A stretch of DNA of 64,000 bases from Chloroflexota bacterium (GTDB lineage: Bacteria; Chloroflexota; UBA11872; VXOZ01): the NCBI GenBank assembly GCA_964291655.2, contig OZ219801.1:608001-672000 (forward strand), read 5' to 3'. This document shows, one piece after another, positions 49,946-59,860 of this stretch (position 1 is its first letter; each line of letters opens with the position of its first letter). The notes beneath the pieces were generated by a model. It saw only the letters and a list, made by a program, of their open reading frames with translations, did no database searches and was not told the DNA's origin. The translations under genes were made by a program, and so were the position numbers.

Positions 49946-50281
49946 CGTTAACTCTCCTTCAGTTCGCTGCAAACGCGTCTACAATGTGGGCAGTATACTC
50001 CCAATAATTGTTCGATGCAACGCTTCAACATATCGGCTTTTTATCTTGACAGCTAGAATGGAGTTGCAATTCACGCTGCGAACTTTGCAACCATGACAGA
50101 AAACCCAATCCGCACACAGTCATGTCGAAAACGAACCAAGCTCGAGTAAGGCAGTTGCGCCGAAGCTTGACTGACTATCCAACAAGCCGCTGCACCTCCG
50201 CATTTGCTATGCTGGGAGGAACCGGACGGGCAACTGATATCGGGTCTTGGCGGAAGATTCTTCACGTGACCGGAGGTGGCA

Positions 50282-50623
50282 ATGGCATCGTTGATGACAG
50301 AGACGTGCGTAGTCTGTCGCGTAGGCGCGCCGACGATGACTACAGAAGAAATCAAGGAGCTTCAGCCCCAGATTCCCGAGTGGAAGGTTGTGGAACGAGA
50401 TGGCATATCTCAGTTGGAGCGGTTCTACGCCTTTCGCAATTTCACCCAGTCGCTCGCGTTCACCAATGAGATTGCAGCCTTGGCGGAAGAGGCGGGGCAT
50501 CATCCCGCCATTCTCACTGAGTGGGTAGGCGTCACCGTGTCGTGGTGGACGCACAAGATCAAGGGCCTGCACCGCAACGACTTCATCATGGCAGCCAAGA
50601 CCGACGCGCTGTATCAGGGCTGA
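50282..50623 (+). CDS. phhB: Pterin-4-alpha-carbinolamine dehydratase
   Basis: AEEAGHHP, WWTHKIKGLHRNDFIMAAKTD. Confidence 0.95.
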   Translation: MASLMTETCVVCRVGAPTMTTEEIKELQPQIPEWKVVERDGISQLERFYAFRNFTQSLAFTNEIAALAEEAGHHPAILTEWVGVTVSWWTHKIKGLHRNDFIMAAKTDALYQG

Positions 50624-50730
50624 CTTACCTCTCGATTGAGTCTCACCGATTACGCGCGATCTCAATTCCCGCGGGCGGGACGACTCAACTTGCCGCCCAA
50701 TTAGCAGATTGAATCCGGATTCTAGTGAAA

Positions 50731-50783
50731 AAGCTGCTTTCCGTTCGTACTTCGACACGCTCAGTACGAACGGAAAGCAGCTT
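50731..50783. repeat. REP-A with perfect 20-bp arms (probable bidirectional terminator)
   Basis: AAGCTGCTTTCCGTTCGTAC-TTCGACACGCTCA-GTACGAACGGAAAGCAGCTT. Confidence 0.88.
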
Positions 50784-50953
50784 GGCTGATCTATCTGATC
50801 CAACTCCGCCGTTCGCCCTTCAACAAGCTCAGAGCCTGCCCTTTACCCGATTCAGCGAATCGTTCCATACAGCCTATCGCTCGGTCCAGCGTATCGTACG
50901 ATATGGGGGGCGAACAGGCATTCGTTGTGCAACCTAAGAGCGATTCCTCGCTT

Positions 50954-52393
50954 CTAATCTTCCACGTCGTTCCGGCGCAAAAGCACGGGGCTTAGCACGG
51001 CATAGAGCACAAACGCCACGACAAACGACGGCAGCGAGCCGCCGTAGCCGGTGAACGCGGCCGGCACAAGGTCCTGAACTTGCGAAACGAAGGAGCCCAT
51101 GATCTCGAAGGCACTAAGCAAGTTCGTGTTGACCGTGTGGTAGACTATGACACCGGCCGCCCAGCAGAGCAGTGCGAGCCAGTTCACGCCGCCCAAGTAC
51201 CAGTACGCGCCCTCACGATTTTGGAGTTCGGCGGAGTCGTACTCCTGCCGTCGCACGACGAAGTAATCCGCCGCCATCACGCCAAAGAGCGAAATGAATA
51301 CCGAGCCGATGAGCAACATGAAGATCTCGTACGTCACCATATTCAGGAACGATGCCAGTATGAGGCCGATCACGGCCACGATGACGACAAAGACCCGTTG
51401 CGGGATGCGCGAGAAGACGTTCTGGGCGGTGACGGCCGCCGAATAGATGTCGGCGAAGGCTTGATCTGTTTCCACTGCCAGGGTCGCCAGCAGCGCCAGC
51501 CAGCCGGCGGTGAAGACGATGATCGCGCCCGCAATAGCCACCGCCGGATTGCTCAGATCACCGAGCGTCACCGTAGCTACAAGCAGCACGCCGAGTCCGT
51601 AGAACCACGTATTCGCCAAGAGGTATCCCAGTCCGGTACCGGCAAACGCGCCCCTATCGCTGCGCCCGAAGCGGCTGTAGTCCGCGACAAGCGGAATCCA
51701 GGAGATGGGCATGGCGATGACAAGGTCCACGCCCACCCAGAACGGCGCGCCGTCCGTGCTCGTTTGGGAGAGAACATCGCCAAGGTTAAAACTGCTCACA
51801 ATCGAATACGTTAGCCAGAGCGACGCCGCCGCCATAACCCAGATGCCGAACTTCTCCATCCATTGGCGCACGACAACTATCGGACCGCCCAGGGCAAACG
51901 ACGTGCAGATAATGGCAAAGATCACAAGCCACAGCAGATACGCGTCGAAATCGAAAATGGTCTTGGCGACGTGATTGGCTGCCCACGACATGGCCCACAG
52001 TTCGAATGCCGTCCATCCCACGAGTTGTAGGAAATTGAAAGCGCTCGGCACATAGGACCCTCGAATTCCCAGGACGGGACGGAGCAACACCATGGTAGGC
52101 ACATGCACGCGAGCACCGGCGTAGGCCATGAGCGACAGCAAAAAGACGCCGATGATGCTGCCAACGATCACGGCCAGCAGCGCCTGCCGGGGAGCCATGC
52201 CCAAACCGTGGTCTTCCGCAGGCAACACCAGCAAGGCGCCGGTAAGGATGACGAGCAGACCGATCCCCAGGTTAAACCAGAGCACGAAGTGTTGCCGAAA
52301 CGTCATGCGGCGCTCTGAGGGCGGTACAGGGTCAACTCCCCACTCCGGCGGGACCTCAACTCTGGGCAGAATCTTGGACAGCGATCCGAGCAT
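50954..52393 (-). CDS. cytX: NCS1-family thiamine-precursor (hydroxymethylpyrimidine) transporter
   Basis: WGVDPVP, LW..LG, Q.VGWT.FEL, AMPISW.P.VADYSRF; about 12 TMs; TPP riboswitch upstream. Confidence 0.88.
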   Translation of the reverse strand: MLGSLSKILPRVEVPPEWGVDPVPPSERRMTFRQHFVLWFNLGIGLLVILTGALLVLPAEDHGLGMAPRQALLAVIVGSIIGVFLLSLMAYAGARVHVPTMVLLRPVLGIRGSYVPSAFNFLQLVGWTAFELWAMSWAANHVAKTIFDFDAYLLWLVIFAIICTSFALGGPIVVVRQWMEKFGIWVMAAASLWLTYSIVSSFNLGDVLSQTSTDGAPFWVGVDLVIAMPISWIPLVADYSRFGRSDRGAFAGTGLGYLLANTWFYGLGVLLVATVTLGDLSNPAVAIAGAIIVFTAGWLALLATLAVETDQAFADIYSAAVTAQNVFSRIPQRVFVVIVAVIGLILASFLNMVTYEIFMLLIGSVFISLFGVMAADYFVVRRQEYDSAELQNREGAYWYLGGVNWLALLCWAAGVIVYHTVNTNLLSAFEIMGSFVSQVQDLVPAAFTGYGGSLPSFVVAFVLYAVLSPVLLRRNDVED

Positions 52394-52473
52394 CGGTGCA
52401 TACCTCCTTCTGGAATCCGGCTTGCGCCGGAATGACGGATTTTAGACGCCTGGAGCCTCCAGGCCAACCATTA

Positions 52474-52507
52474 ACGAAAACAGGCGTGCTGCGGATTCAG
52501 CACGCCC
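52474..52507 (-). terminator. Intrinsic terminator, expression platform of the TPP riboswitch
   Basis: Minus strand GGCGTGCTG-AATCCG-CAGCACGCC-TGTTTTCG. Confidence 0.7.
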
Positions 52508-52528
52508 AAAAGGTAAGGCTTAGCAGTG

Positions 52529-52625
52529 CATTCCCTCCGCAGGTATTACCCTGATCAGGTTCAAGGGTATGAGGACGTAAACGCGTCACTCTTCTCAGCC
52601 CGGACTCTCGGGCACCCCTATCACG
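52529..52625 (-). promoter_or_regulatory. TPP riboswitch
   Basis: Minus strand AGGGGTGC...GCTGAGA...ATACCCTTGAACCTGATCAGGGTAATACCTGCGGAGGGAA. Confidence 0.96.
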
Positions 52626-52684
52626 CCACTCTTCACTTGTCCGACGCCGTCCACTCTATCACCATCGTGTCAAACGCGCAACAT

Positions 52685-53359
52685 CTAGTGCTCGTCAAGA
52701 TACGGCGCGAGCACCCAGCGAATGAAACGCAAGGCCTCAATTGCAAACTGTCGCTGATTTGCCGTGCGACCGGAATCAGCAAGTCTACGTGTCGTTGTCC
52801 ATGTCGACTCCTGCCCAGCATAGATGGTTACCGTAACATTGGAACTCTTCCCCAGTCCATGCGCGAGTCTTGCTTCACCGCCAAGCTCTTCAGGAGCGCG
52901 GGGGCTTGTCCCCCACTCCTGAGAAAAGTCTCCTGCAACTGCCGGCCCGGCGACGGCTAGGCACACCGTTCCCGCGGCTTTGGCCGAGCGACGCCCGGTC
53001 TGAGGGCCGGCAATGCCACTCTCCACCAGCGTCCACTGGCACGCAAAGGTGCGGCGCATGTACTCTGCCAGCGCCCCTACGTACTCCTCGCTTACGACGC
53101 CGAATTCTTTTGCAACATCGCGGATACTCTCTACCAGCGGTGCTTCACTGCCCGCATACAGGACAATTCCACCCAGAAACCACTCAGCATGTGCAGGATC
53201 ACCATGAATCAATGTTGCCAGCGCGCCGCCCGCTGAAGTTTCACCCACAGACAGCGTTTCGTTTCGCTTGGCAAGCGCTGCTCCGACATCTTCGTTTGGC
53301 CGCTGCAGATCGAGGCTGCCGCACAGTCGTGGTCCTTTACGGCTTTCGTTGGGTACCAT
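52685..53359 (-). CDS. CinA/PncC-like protein with internal insertion
   Basis: LSVGETSAGG, FLGGIVLY, GVVSEE, ESGIAGP, GTVCLAV; ~45-aa insert containing REP-E. Confidence 0.8.
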   Translation of the reverse strand: MVPNESRKGPRLCGSLDLQRPNEDVGAALAKRNETLSVGETSAGGALATLIHGDPAHAEWFLGGIVLYAGSEAPLVESIRDVAKEFGVVSEEYVGALAEYMRRTFACQWTLVESGIAGPQTGRRSAKAAGTVCLAVAGPAVAGDFSQEWGTSPRAPEELGGEARLAHGLGKSSNVTVTIYAGQESTWTTTRRLADSGRTANQRQFAIEALRFIRWVLAPYLDEH

Positions 53360-53387
53360 TCGAAATTACCGGGATGCATGCCGTAGG

Positions 53388-55259
53388 CTATTGGGCAAGG
53401 GTGCGTTCATCCCCATCACGCTGGGTCACGTTATCGCGGTCCATTTGTTCCAACAACGGCAGCACGAATTTGCGGCTGGTGCCAAAGGCGTCACGCACCT
53501 GGGCCACCGTTACCCGCTCCTCCCGCGCCAAGAGTTCCCGCACTTTCTCCACTGCCTGTTCGTACGCCCGGCGCGAGTAGATAAGCTCATGGTCTAATTG
53601 GATCACTCGGCCCTGTTCCACTAGGAAACTTAGGAAGTCATCGTCCACCGCGAGCTTCTCACGGATCATACCCAGGTTTGGCGGCGCCAACGGGTCTTGC
53701 TCCAGTAGATCGAGTAGAGCTACTGCAACCTCTTCTTGGGCAGGACTCAAGGCAACGTTCATGCCGAATAGCTGGAGTGAGCCCAGGCTTTCTGCGATCA
53801 CTTCATCGGCACAGAGTCGCTGCACCATCTCGCTGAAGACCCGGCTCTCCATGCCAAGACTTCGCCGCACCTCCTCCTTGCCCTGTCCGTAGCGCAAGGG
53901 ATAGCGCGCGTGGAACTGCTGGAGCAGAGAGGTTAGACGATCCGAAATGTCAGACCAACCTGCAGCGGAATACAAAGTGCGCCCGAGGTCTATCACCTGT
54001 TCCGCTCCCAGGAGCCTTGCCATGACTTCCTCTACCTCCGAGACGGCAAGCGGAAGTACGCCAGTGATCTCCTTCTGCGTGCAGGGCTCCCGCTGCCGGA
54101 TGGCTTGGAGCACCACGTCCTCCGGCGAGCCTTGCTCCAATGTTTCCAGCGCTGTAACTACGTTTTCTGCAAAGCGTTTGTGCCGAGGCGGATAGGGGTC
54201 CAGCACCTCGCCTCCGCCAAGGGTGCACGCCGGGCTAAGCTGACGGACTATGAAGAGGTCGCCCTTGATGAGACTTACAGGTTTTACGAGCAGCAGTTGT
54301 ACCAGCCCACTCTCACCGGGCGTGATCGCCTCCCGGTCGAGAGTCCGCACTCGCGCGAGCGTCTCAATCGTCCCGCTATGAATAGTCACGACGGTCCCAT
54401 GCTCAAGCGGACGAGGCGCCGAGGGCAACAGGCGAATGCGGACGTCGGCAAAGCGCGTCGCAGAGAGCGTATCCGGCAATGTAAGCACTTGCCCGCGATA
54501 CACATCCTCAACGTCGATCCCGCCAATGTTGACGGCGACGCGATTGCCGGGCAAGGCGGTCTCGATCTTGTGCTTGTGACTCTGCAAGCCACGTATGCGG
54601 CCGCTCAAGCCGCCGGGCACGAATTGCGCCTCTGCGCCGACGTTTAGTTGACCGTCAAGCAGCGTCCCAGTGACGATCGTGCCAAAGCCGGTGAGCGAAA
54701 AGGCCCGATCGATTGGCAGGCGTGGACGTCCCACGTCCCGTTTCGCTGCGGTACCCGCGAGCAATTCGTCGAGAGCCGCGCGCAAGTCGTCGAGACCCGC
54801 GCCGGTGTGTGCAGAGACACGCACGAGTTGGCTTTGGGCAAGTACCGTGCCTGCTACCGTTTCGCGCAGGTCTTCTTCAACCAGCCGCAGCCACTCTTCA
54901 TCCTCTACGAGGTCGCACCGCGTCATCACGAGGATCCCCGCGGGAATTCGCAACAAATCCAAAATGTCCAGGTGCTCGCGCGTCTGCGGCATCACGCCTT
55001 CATCAGCCGCAATCACCAGCAACGCCGCATCGATCCCACCCACGCCCGCCAGCATGTTCTTGACGAACCGCTCGTGGCCGGGCACGTCGACGATTGATAT
55101 CTCCTTGCCGTTGGGCAAGGTAAGCCACGCAAAGCCCAGATCGATAGTTAGCCCGCGCTCTTTCTCTTCGCGCAGGCGGTCCGGATCAATTCCCGTAAGT
55201 GCTTGGATCAGCGTAGACTTGCCGTGGTCCACGTGTCCCGCAGTGCCAATGGTGTACAT
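53388..55259 (-). CDS. selB: Selenocysteine-specific elongation factor
   Basis: [28 protein letters not shown], winged-helix C-terminus [11 protein letters not shown]...T.R.GDER. Confidence 0.97.
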   Translation of the reverse strand: MYTIGTAGHVDHGKSTLIQALTGIDPDRLREEKERGLTIDLGFAWLTLPNGKEISIVDVPGHERFVKNMLAGVGGIDAALLVIAADEGVMPQTREHLDILDLLRIPAGILVMTRCDLVEDEEWLRLVEEDLRETVAGTVLAQSQLVRVSAHTGAGLDDLRAALDELLAGTAAKRDVGRPRLPIDRAFSLTGFGTIVTGTLLDGQLNVGAEAQFVPGGLSGRIRGLQSHKHKIETALPGNRVAVNIGGIDVEDVYRGQVLTLPDTLSATRFADVRIRLLPSAPRPLEHGTVVTIHSGTIETLARVRTLDREAITPGESGLVQLLLVKPVSLIKGDLFIVRQLSPACTLGGGEVLDPYPPRHKRFAENVVTALETLEQGSPEDVVLQAIRQREPCTQKEITGVLPLAVSEVEEVMARLLGAEQVIDLGRTLYSAAGWSDISDRLTSLLQQFHARYPLRYGQGKEEVRRSLGMESRVFSEMVQRLCADEVIAESLGSLQLFGMNVALSPAQEEVAVALLDLLEQDPLAPPNLGMIREKLAVDDDFLSFLVEQGRVIQLDHELIYSRRAYEQAVEKVRELLAREERVTVAQVRDAFGTSRKFVLPLLEQMDRDNVTQRDGDERTLAQ

Positions 55260-55694
55260 GCTGTGAGCTCGATGTATGTAAGGTGCCGCAGTTTACTCAC
55301 GACCGCATTCTTGCCATCCAATATACCTTGGTCTGACGTGCTCGCCTAAGCGATCGAGGCGTGTGTGGCGGCAAGCATGCGCCGACCGCTTGCCGCCATG
55401 CCGCTGACCCTAAAACTATCACACTGCCAATTGCTGGAGTGCCCATTCCATTCCCCCACCGAAGTCTTCTCGCCTCGGAGCCCTTTGCGATTCAAGTGCC
55501 GAAGCGATAGAGCACGTTCTCCCAGCGAAGGCCACAGCACTTCACTGACAATTGATTGGGATTAGGTTCGTTCGGCAGAAATCCCCCTCACCCCAGGGAA
55601 TGGGAGCAAGTCCGGCACCGCTGCTTAGATTTCTTGCAGAGGTCTCCACTTTTACCAGGTCAGGGCCTGCCACGTACGCCATACAATATTCACG

Positions 55695-56747
55695 CTAGGT
55701 AGACTTTGCGACCTTAAATACGCTGGCTTTCTTTCCCGAAACGAGCACATCGTAGCGTTCTACCACGGTCAGCGCTCCCTTCAAGTCTTGTAGAGAATCC
55801 TCAAAGAGTTGCGGTCTCCCCGCGAGCAGCACCAGGAGACCGTTCCGGCGCAAGACTCTGTGAAACTCGCGCAGCATTTCGCGCTGAAACCGCTCGGGGT
55901 CTGGGCTCTGTTGCTGATAGAAGCCCCACGGCGGGTCGGTGATGATCTTGTCGACAGAATCCGGCGCGAACGTGCGCAATTCCCGGGCATCCCATCGGCC
56001 GATCACAAACTTCTGCTGCTTCCTGCGCTGTACCCAGCGAAGCTGCCGCACCTTCGAACGCAGACTCTTTACGAGCTTGGAGTCTGCGTCTCCGGCCAGA
56101 ACGGTCTGATACGGGAATGCGAATGCGCGCTCCAGCGGGATGGCTCCCGAACCGCAAAACGGGTCAAGCACGATGTCATCTTTCGCAGGGTCCGAGACCA
56201 AGCAGAGGAGGTGGCAGAGCTCAGGCCGCAACTCCCCGCGCGCCAGAGTCTTTTCGTAGGCTTTGTGGCGGGTAATGCGCATGCCTACGCAGCCAAAACC
56301 CTCCCGCCGGGACAGCAGCCAAAATTCGATATCCGGATTGCTGTGATCGGGTCTGAGCCGCTTTTCACCAGAAAGGAGCCGCTCCAAGTCCGCGCGCGTA
56401 CGCTGCGGGATTGAAACAAACTGATTGCCGTGGGAAGCAACAAAGCGGTATGTCAGACTCTTTCGCGGGAGATGTGGTGCAATGCGGCCCAGCAATTGCC
56501 CATCCGCCAGCACGGTTCGGCTCATGCTCCCAATTGGATTGCGCCCCAATCCATCGAATGAAAAGACACATACAAAACTATTGTTGCAGAAACGCAGCGA
56601 CTGTACGTGAGCAATGTCGGACGAAGAGCGGTATACCGCAAGTCCGTCGAGAAGAAGGTCCAGCTGAACATGCGCCAGCGACCGCTTCAGCGCGTCTGCG
56701 ACAACCTCTCCCATACCGGGAATGAATGTGGAAACGTATGTGGTCAT
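55695..56747 (-). CDS. SAM-dependent RNA methyltransferase (UPF0020/Trm11-like)
   Basis: GELRPEL, LDPFCGSG.I..E, ITDPPWG. Confidence 0.85.
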   Translation of the reverse strand: MTTYVSTFIPGMGEVVADALKRSLAHVQLDLLLDGLAVYRSSSDIAHVQSLRFCNNSFVCVFSFDGLGRNPIGSMSRTVLADGQLLGRIAPHLPRKSLTYRFVASHGNQFVSIPQRTRADLERLLSGEKRLRPDHSNPDIEFWLLSRREGFGCVGMRITRHKAYEKTLARGELRPELCHLLCLVSDPAKDDIVLDPFCGSGAIPLERAFAFPYQTVLAGDADSKLVKSLRSKVRQLRWVQRRKQQKFVIGRWDARELRTFAPDSVDKIITDPPWGFYQQQSPDPERFQREMLREFHRVLRRNGLLVLLAGRPQLFEDSLQDLKGALTVVERYDVLVSGKKASVFKVAKST

Positions 56748-56995
56748 GTACGTACATTAGCAATAATCTGTGCCGAGACGCATTAAGCGGGCGCCAAAGT
56801 CCACGTTTGCGTTAATCGTCTCGCAGAGCCTCGCGGCTACACGAATGCTCAAAATCTTCCTTGCAGGGACCTCGGTTCATCGCAGGGGCCCTCAGTTCTG
56901 CGCAGAGATCCTGCGCAACGCGAGGGACCATAGCTCAACGCAAGGACTCTTGTGCAACGTGATTCGGCAGCCAAGACTTCCCTCTCTCCCGTCAA

Positions 56996-57136
56996 GGAGA
57001 CCTTTGCGTAACTCCGTCATTCCGGCGAAAGCCGGAATCCAGCGCGCCTTTACAGCTAGAGATTGCATGATGTCAAGTCATTTCACCCCCATCCCAACCT
57101 TCCCCCTCATAGGTGAAGGGTTACGCAAAAGTCTCC
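56996..57136. mobile_element. MITE-like element with 17-bp terminal inverted repeats carrying REP-C and REP-D
   Basis: GGAGACCTTTGCGTAAC ... GTTACGCAAAAGTCTCC (1 mismatch); flanked by CCCTCTCTCCCG and GGGAGAGGG. Confidence 0.65.
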
Positions 57137-57302
57137 GGTGGGAGAGGGTGCGAACCTGCCCCGAACTCGATACAGCGTATCGACACGAAACGGGAGTGAG
57201 AGAGAAGTCCCACATGGGCAAAGGCCAATGCCTAATCGCCCAAATAAGAAAGCCCCGCTCCTCAGGAGCAGGACTTCACCTTCCAACCTGTTCAGGTGTC
57301 CG

Positions 57303-57662
57303 TCACGTACTACACGGCCGGGCCTCACCGGCGCTCTCCGCCGTATCGAACGATTGCCCGCACGAGCACGACTGCTCGGCATTGGGATTGAGAATAGTAA
57401 ACCCGCCGCCAATCAAGGCATTGCTAAAGTCGATTTCCGAGCCGCTCAGGTACATCAGGCTGAAGGGGTCCACAAAGACGCGCACGCCCTCGTCCTCAAC
57501 CACCTCGTCACCGTCGTCCGGGCGCTCCTCCATGGACATGCCGTACTGAAACCCGGAACATCCGCCGGGCGACACAAACACCCGCAGACCCGCTTCCGGA
57601 TTCCCTTGCTCCGTCAGCAAGCCCTTCAAATGCTCAACAGCCGTCGGCGTCACAGAGATCAT
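57303..57662 (-). CDS. A-type iron-sulfur carrier protein (IscA/ErpA/HesB)
   Basis: LRVFV.PGGCSGFQYGM, IDF, NPNA..SCSCGQSF. Confidence 0.95.
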   Translation of the reverse strand: MISVTPTAVEHLKGLLTEQGNPEAGLRVFVSPGGCSGFQYGMSMEERPDDGDEVVEDEGVRVFVDPFSLMYLSGSEIDFSNALIGGGFTILNPNAEQSCSCGQSFDTAESAGEARPCST

Positions 57663-57751
57663 ATTGACACACCCTGTTCGAATTTACAACCGACTACCTA
57701 CCATCACATCGATTTCATTATACATCGTCCGGGCATCCCGCGCACACAGAA

Positions 57752-57928
57752 CTACAGCTTTCGATCAAGCTTTTCGTTGATCTGTCTCAGTAATGCAACC
57801 TCTTCCCTCTTGGTAGTTACGAAAAAGTACAACGGGTACAACCCAAGAGTAATGATCGTCAGAAACACAAAGATCAAGAACGAAGCGAGTCTCTCTGCAA
57901 ATGACACAGCCTTGAACCACCTTTCAAT
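57752..57928 (-). CDS. Candidate small membrane protein (~58 aa; start uncertain)
   Basis: Manual translation IERWFKAVSFAERLASFLIFVFLTIITLGLYPLYFFVTTKREEVALLRQINEKLDRKL: a TM segment plus amphipathic tail. Only ATT or an internal GTG start. Confidence 0.5.
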   Translation of the reverse strand: MERWFKAVSFAERLASFLIFVFLTIITLGLYPLYFFVTTKREEVALLRQINEKLDRKL

Positions 57929-58126
57929 TTAACACAACTTCACAGGCCTGAGTGTAGCCCCCAAATGTAGTGCGGTCAAAGCGTATTGTATGATGAATTG
58001 AAGCAGAGTCTGAGGGCTACTGAGCATGATGCCTAGCTCAGTAGCCAAGTCAGATCAGTCTTTCAAAATTGAGAACGCTCGGTCGCTGGAGCTTGAGCGT
58101 CTGCACACCAGTTAAGGAGCAAACCG

Positions 58127-59605
58127 ATCGAAGCTAATTCAACTCAATCAGATTCTCGAAACGAAATAGCCCTGAAACTGCCGGAGCCAGACGTGGTTGC
58201 GGGCAATCCATGGAGTGACGACGTCCTCGGCCGGAGAGAAATTGCCGAAAGGTTGACCAAGCTAATCCAATTTCAAAGAGAGCCGTATGTGATCAGCATC
58301 GACGGAGACTGGGGCACAGGTAAGACTTTTCTGTTGAAACGCTGGCAGGCTAGCCTAGAACAACAAGGCTTTAATGCGATCTACTTCAATGCATGGGAGG
58401 ATGACTTTTGCGACGATCCCCAATTGGCCATCCTTGGGCAACTGGCTGAGTACTTTAGGGAAGGAAGACTTAAGAATTTCGCCAGGCAAGCTTTCGATGT
58501 TGCAACCCCTCTGTTGAGACAGATACCCATCGCTCTAGCACAAGCAATGCTGCAATGCTATACAGGATTACCCACAAATATTGACATTAGCAATATGCAT
58601 TCGAAAGAACGCCTAGACGAATACCTCACTCAGCGAAGGACAAAGGACGAACTAAAGCGACACCTAGAGCGATTGGCTGAAGAGGTTCTTGCCGAGACTG
58701 AGCGCCCTTTAGTTTTCATTGTTGATGAACTCGATCGATGCCGTCCGACTTTCGCAATTGAGCTCCTTGAGAGAGTCAAGCACATATTTGGCGTGCCCAA
58801 TGTCGTGTTTGTTGTTGGGGTCAACCGAATGGAGCTTTGCTCAGCTCTCAAGTCAGTGTACGGAGACATTCATGCAGATGTCTACGTACGAAGGTTTTTT
58901 GATTCGGAGTTCATACTGCCGGAGGCAGACTCAAGCCAATTCTCCAAACATCTCATGGGTAGGTTCAAGCTAACAGACTACTTCGCTGCGCTCAGTCGGA
59001 AAGCCGATGGAAGTGCATACGCTGATGAATTTAGTGTGCTATTTGACTACATACCCGTGCTATGGACACGGTTTGAACTGTCACTTCGAGATGTTGACTA
59101 CTGTGTGCGGATGATATCAATAGTTGGTAAAAGTCTTAGTGATCAGCAATACATGTTCCCCTGGTTGCTTGGCCTGATTATACCTCTAAAACTCAAGAAT
59201 CCGGATTTGTATCGCCAGTTCGTCCAGGGCAATTGCCACGCTAGCGAAATCATGGATTATGTCGACAACATAGTCAATTTAGAATCGCCCTATAGGCTTG
59301 CGTCTGAAAGAGTAGGCATAGAAAGGGTCTTGGAAATTATAGAAAGCCAATTGTACCGTGCGGAGTCTCAGCAGGAAACCGATCCTGAACGTCCAACCGC
59401 CATCAAACAACTGAGGCTTCAATTGGAAGACAATGAGGTTACGCACCCACAGTTCCTTTCCGAAAGAACACAGAAGTCTGACAAGAAGAGAATTGAGAGG
59501 CTACTGAAACCGATTGGCTCCGAAACAATGTTTACGTATTGGGACAACATCATTGATCGACTGGGTATGTTAGTTGATCTACATCAGCCTACCGCAAGAA
59601 GGTAG
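58127..59605 (+). CDS. KAP family P-loop NTPase
   Basis: WSDDVLGR, GDWGTGKT, FNAWEDDF, FIVDELDRCRP, RRFFD. Open frame extends to an ATC at 58127 behind AAGGAG; the track start is GTG 58193. Confidence 0.92.
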   Translation: MEANSTQSDSRNEIALKLPEPDVVAGNPWSDDVLGRREIAERLTKLIQFQREPYVISIDGDWGTGKTFLLKRWQASLEQQGFNAIYFNAWEDDFCDDPQLAILGQLAEYFREGRLKNFARQAFDVATPLLRQIPIALAQAMLQCYTGLPTNIDISNMHSKERLDEYLTQRRTKDELKRHLERLAEEVLAETERPLVFIVDELDRCRPTFAIELLERVKHIFGVPNVVFVVGVNRMELCSALKSVYGDIHADVYVRRFFDSEFILPEADSSQFSKHLMGRFKLTDYFAALSRKADGSAYADEFSVLFDYIPVLWTRFELSLRDVDYCVRMISIVGKSLSDQQYMFPWLLGLIIPLKLKNPDLYRQFVQGNCHASEIMDYVDNIVNLESPYRLASERVGIERVLEIIESQLYRAESQQETDPERPTAIKQLRLQLEDNEVTHPQFLSERTQKSDKKRIERLLKPIGSETMFTYWDNIIDRLGMLVDLHQPTARR

Positions 59606-59821
59606 GCCAAGTCTTGAATTCTCTAGTACCCATCGGTGAGTTTCACTTTGTCTTCGAAATGATGACGTACTAGTGGGCCAGAGAGTCACTCCAAATTGAG
59701 GTTATTTGCTAAGATCGAGAGTTGCGAGTTTGGAGTTTGGTTTCATGAATGATACATGGCCCGCGTTGTTTCGTAGACCAACTCTCCCTCTCTTCCACTT
59801 AGGCCTACATCCTAAGACTCC

Positions 59822-59851
59822 TTGACGCTGTGGCTTGGGTTTGCGTAGCAT
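59822..59851 (+). promoter_or_regulatory. Sigma70-type promoter of ffs
   Basis: TTGACG-18-TAGCAT about 10 bp before the RNA. Confidence 0.6.
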
Positions 59852-59860
59852 GAGAAATGA

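Noticed and set aside
55270-55690. Possible tRNA-Sec upstream of selB
   Set aside because: Only a hairpin (55366-55398) and REP fragments; no cloverleaf or T-loop.
57303-57662. HesB-like selenoprotein
   Set aside because: All conserved positions are Cys codons; no in-frame TGA.
56770-57932. Plus-strand ORFs of 259 and 264 aa
   Set aside because: They translate REP/MITE sequence and the antisense of iscA.
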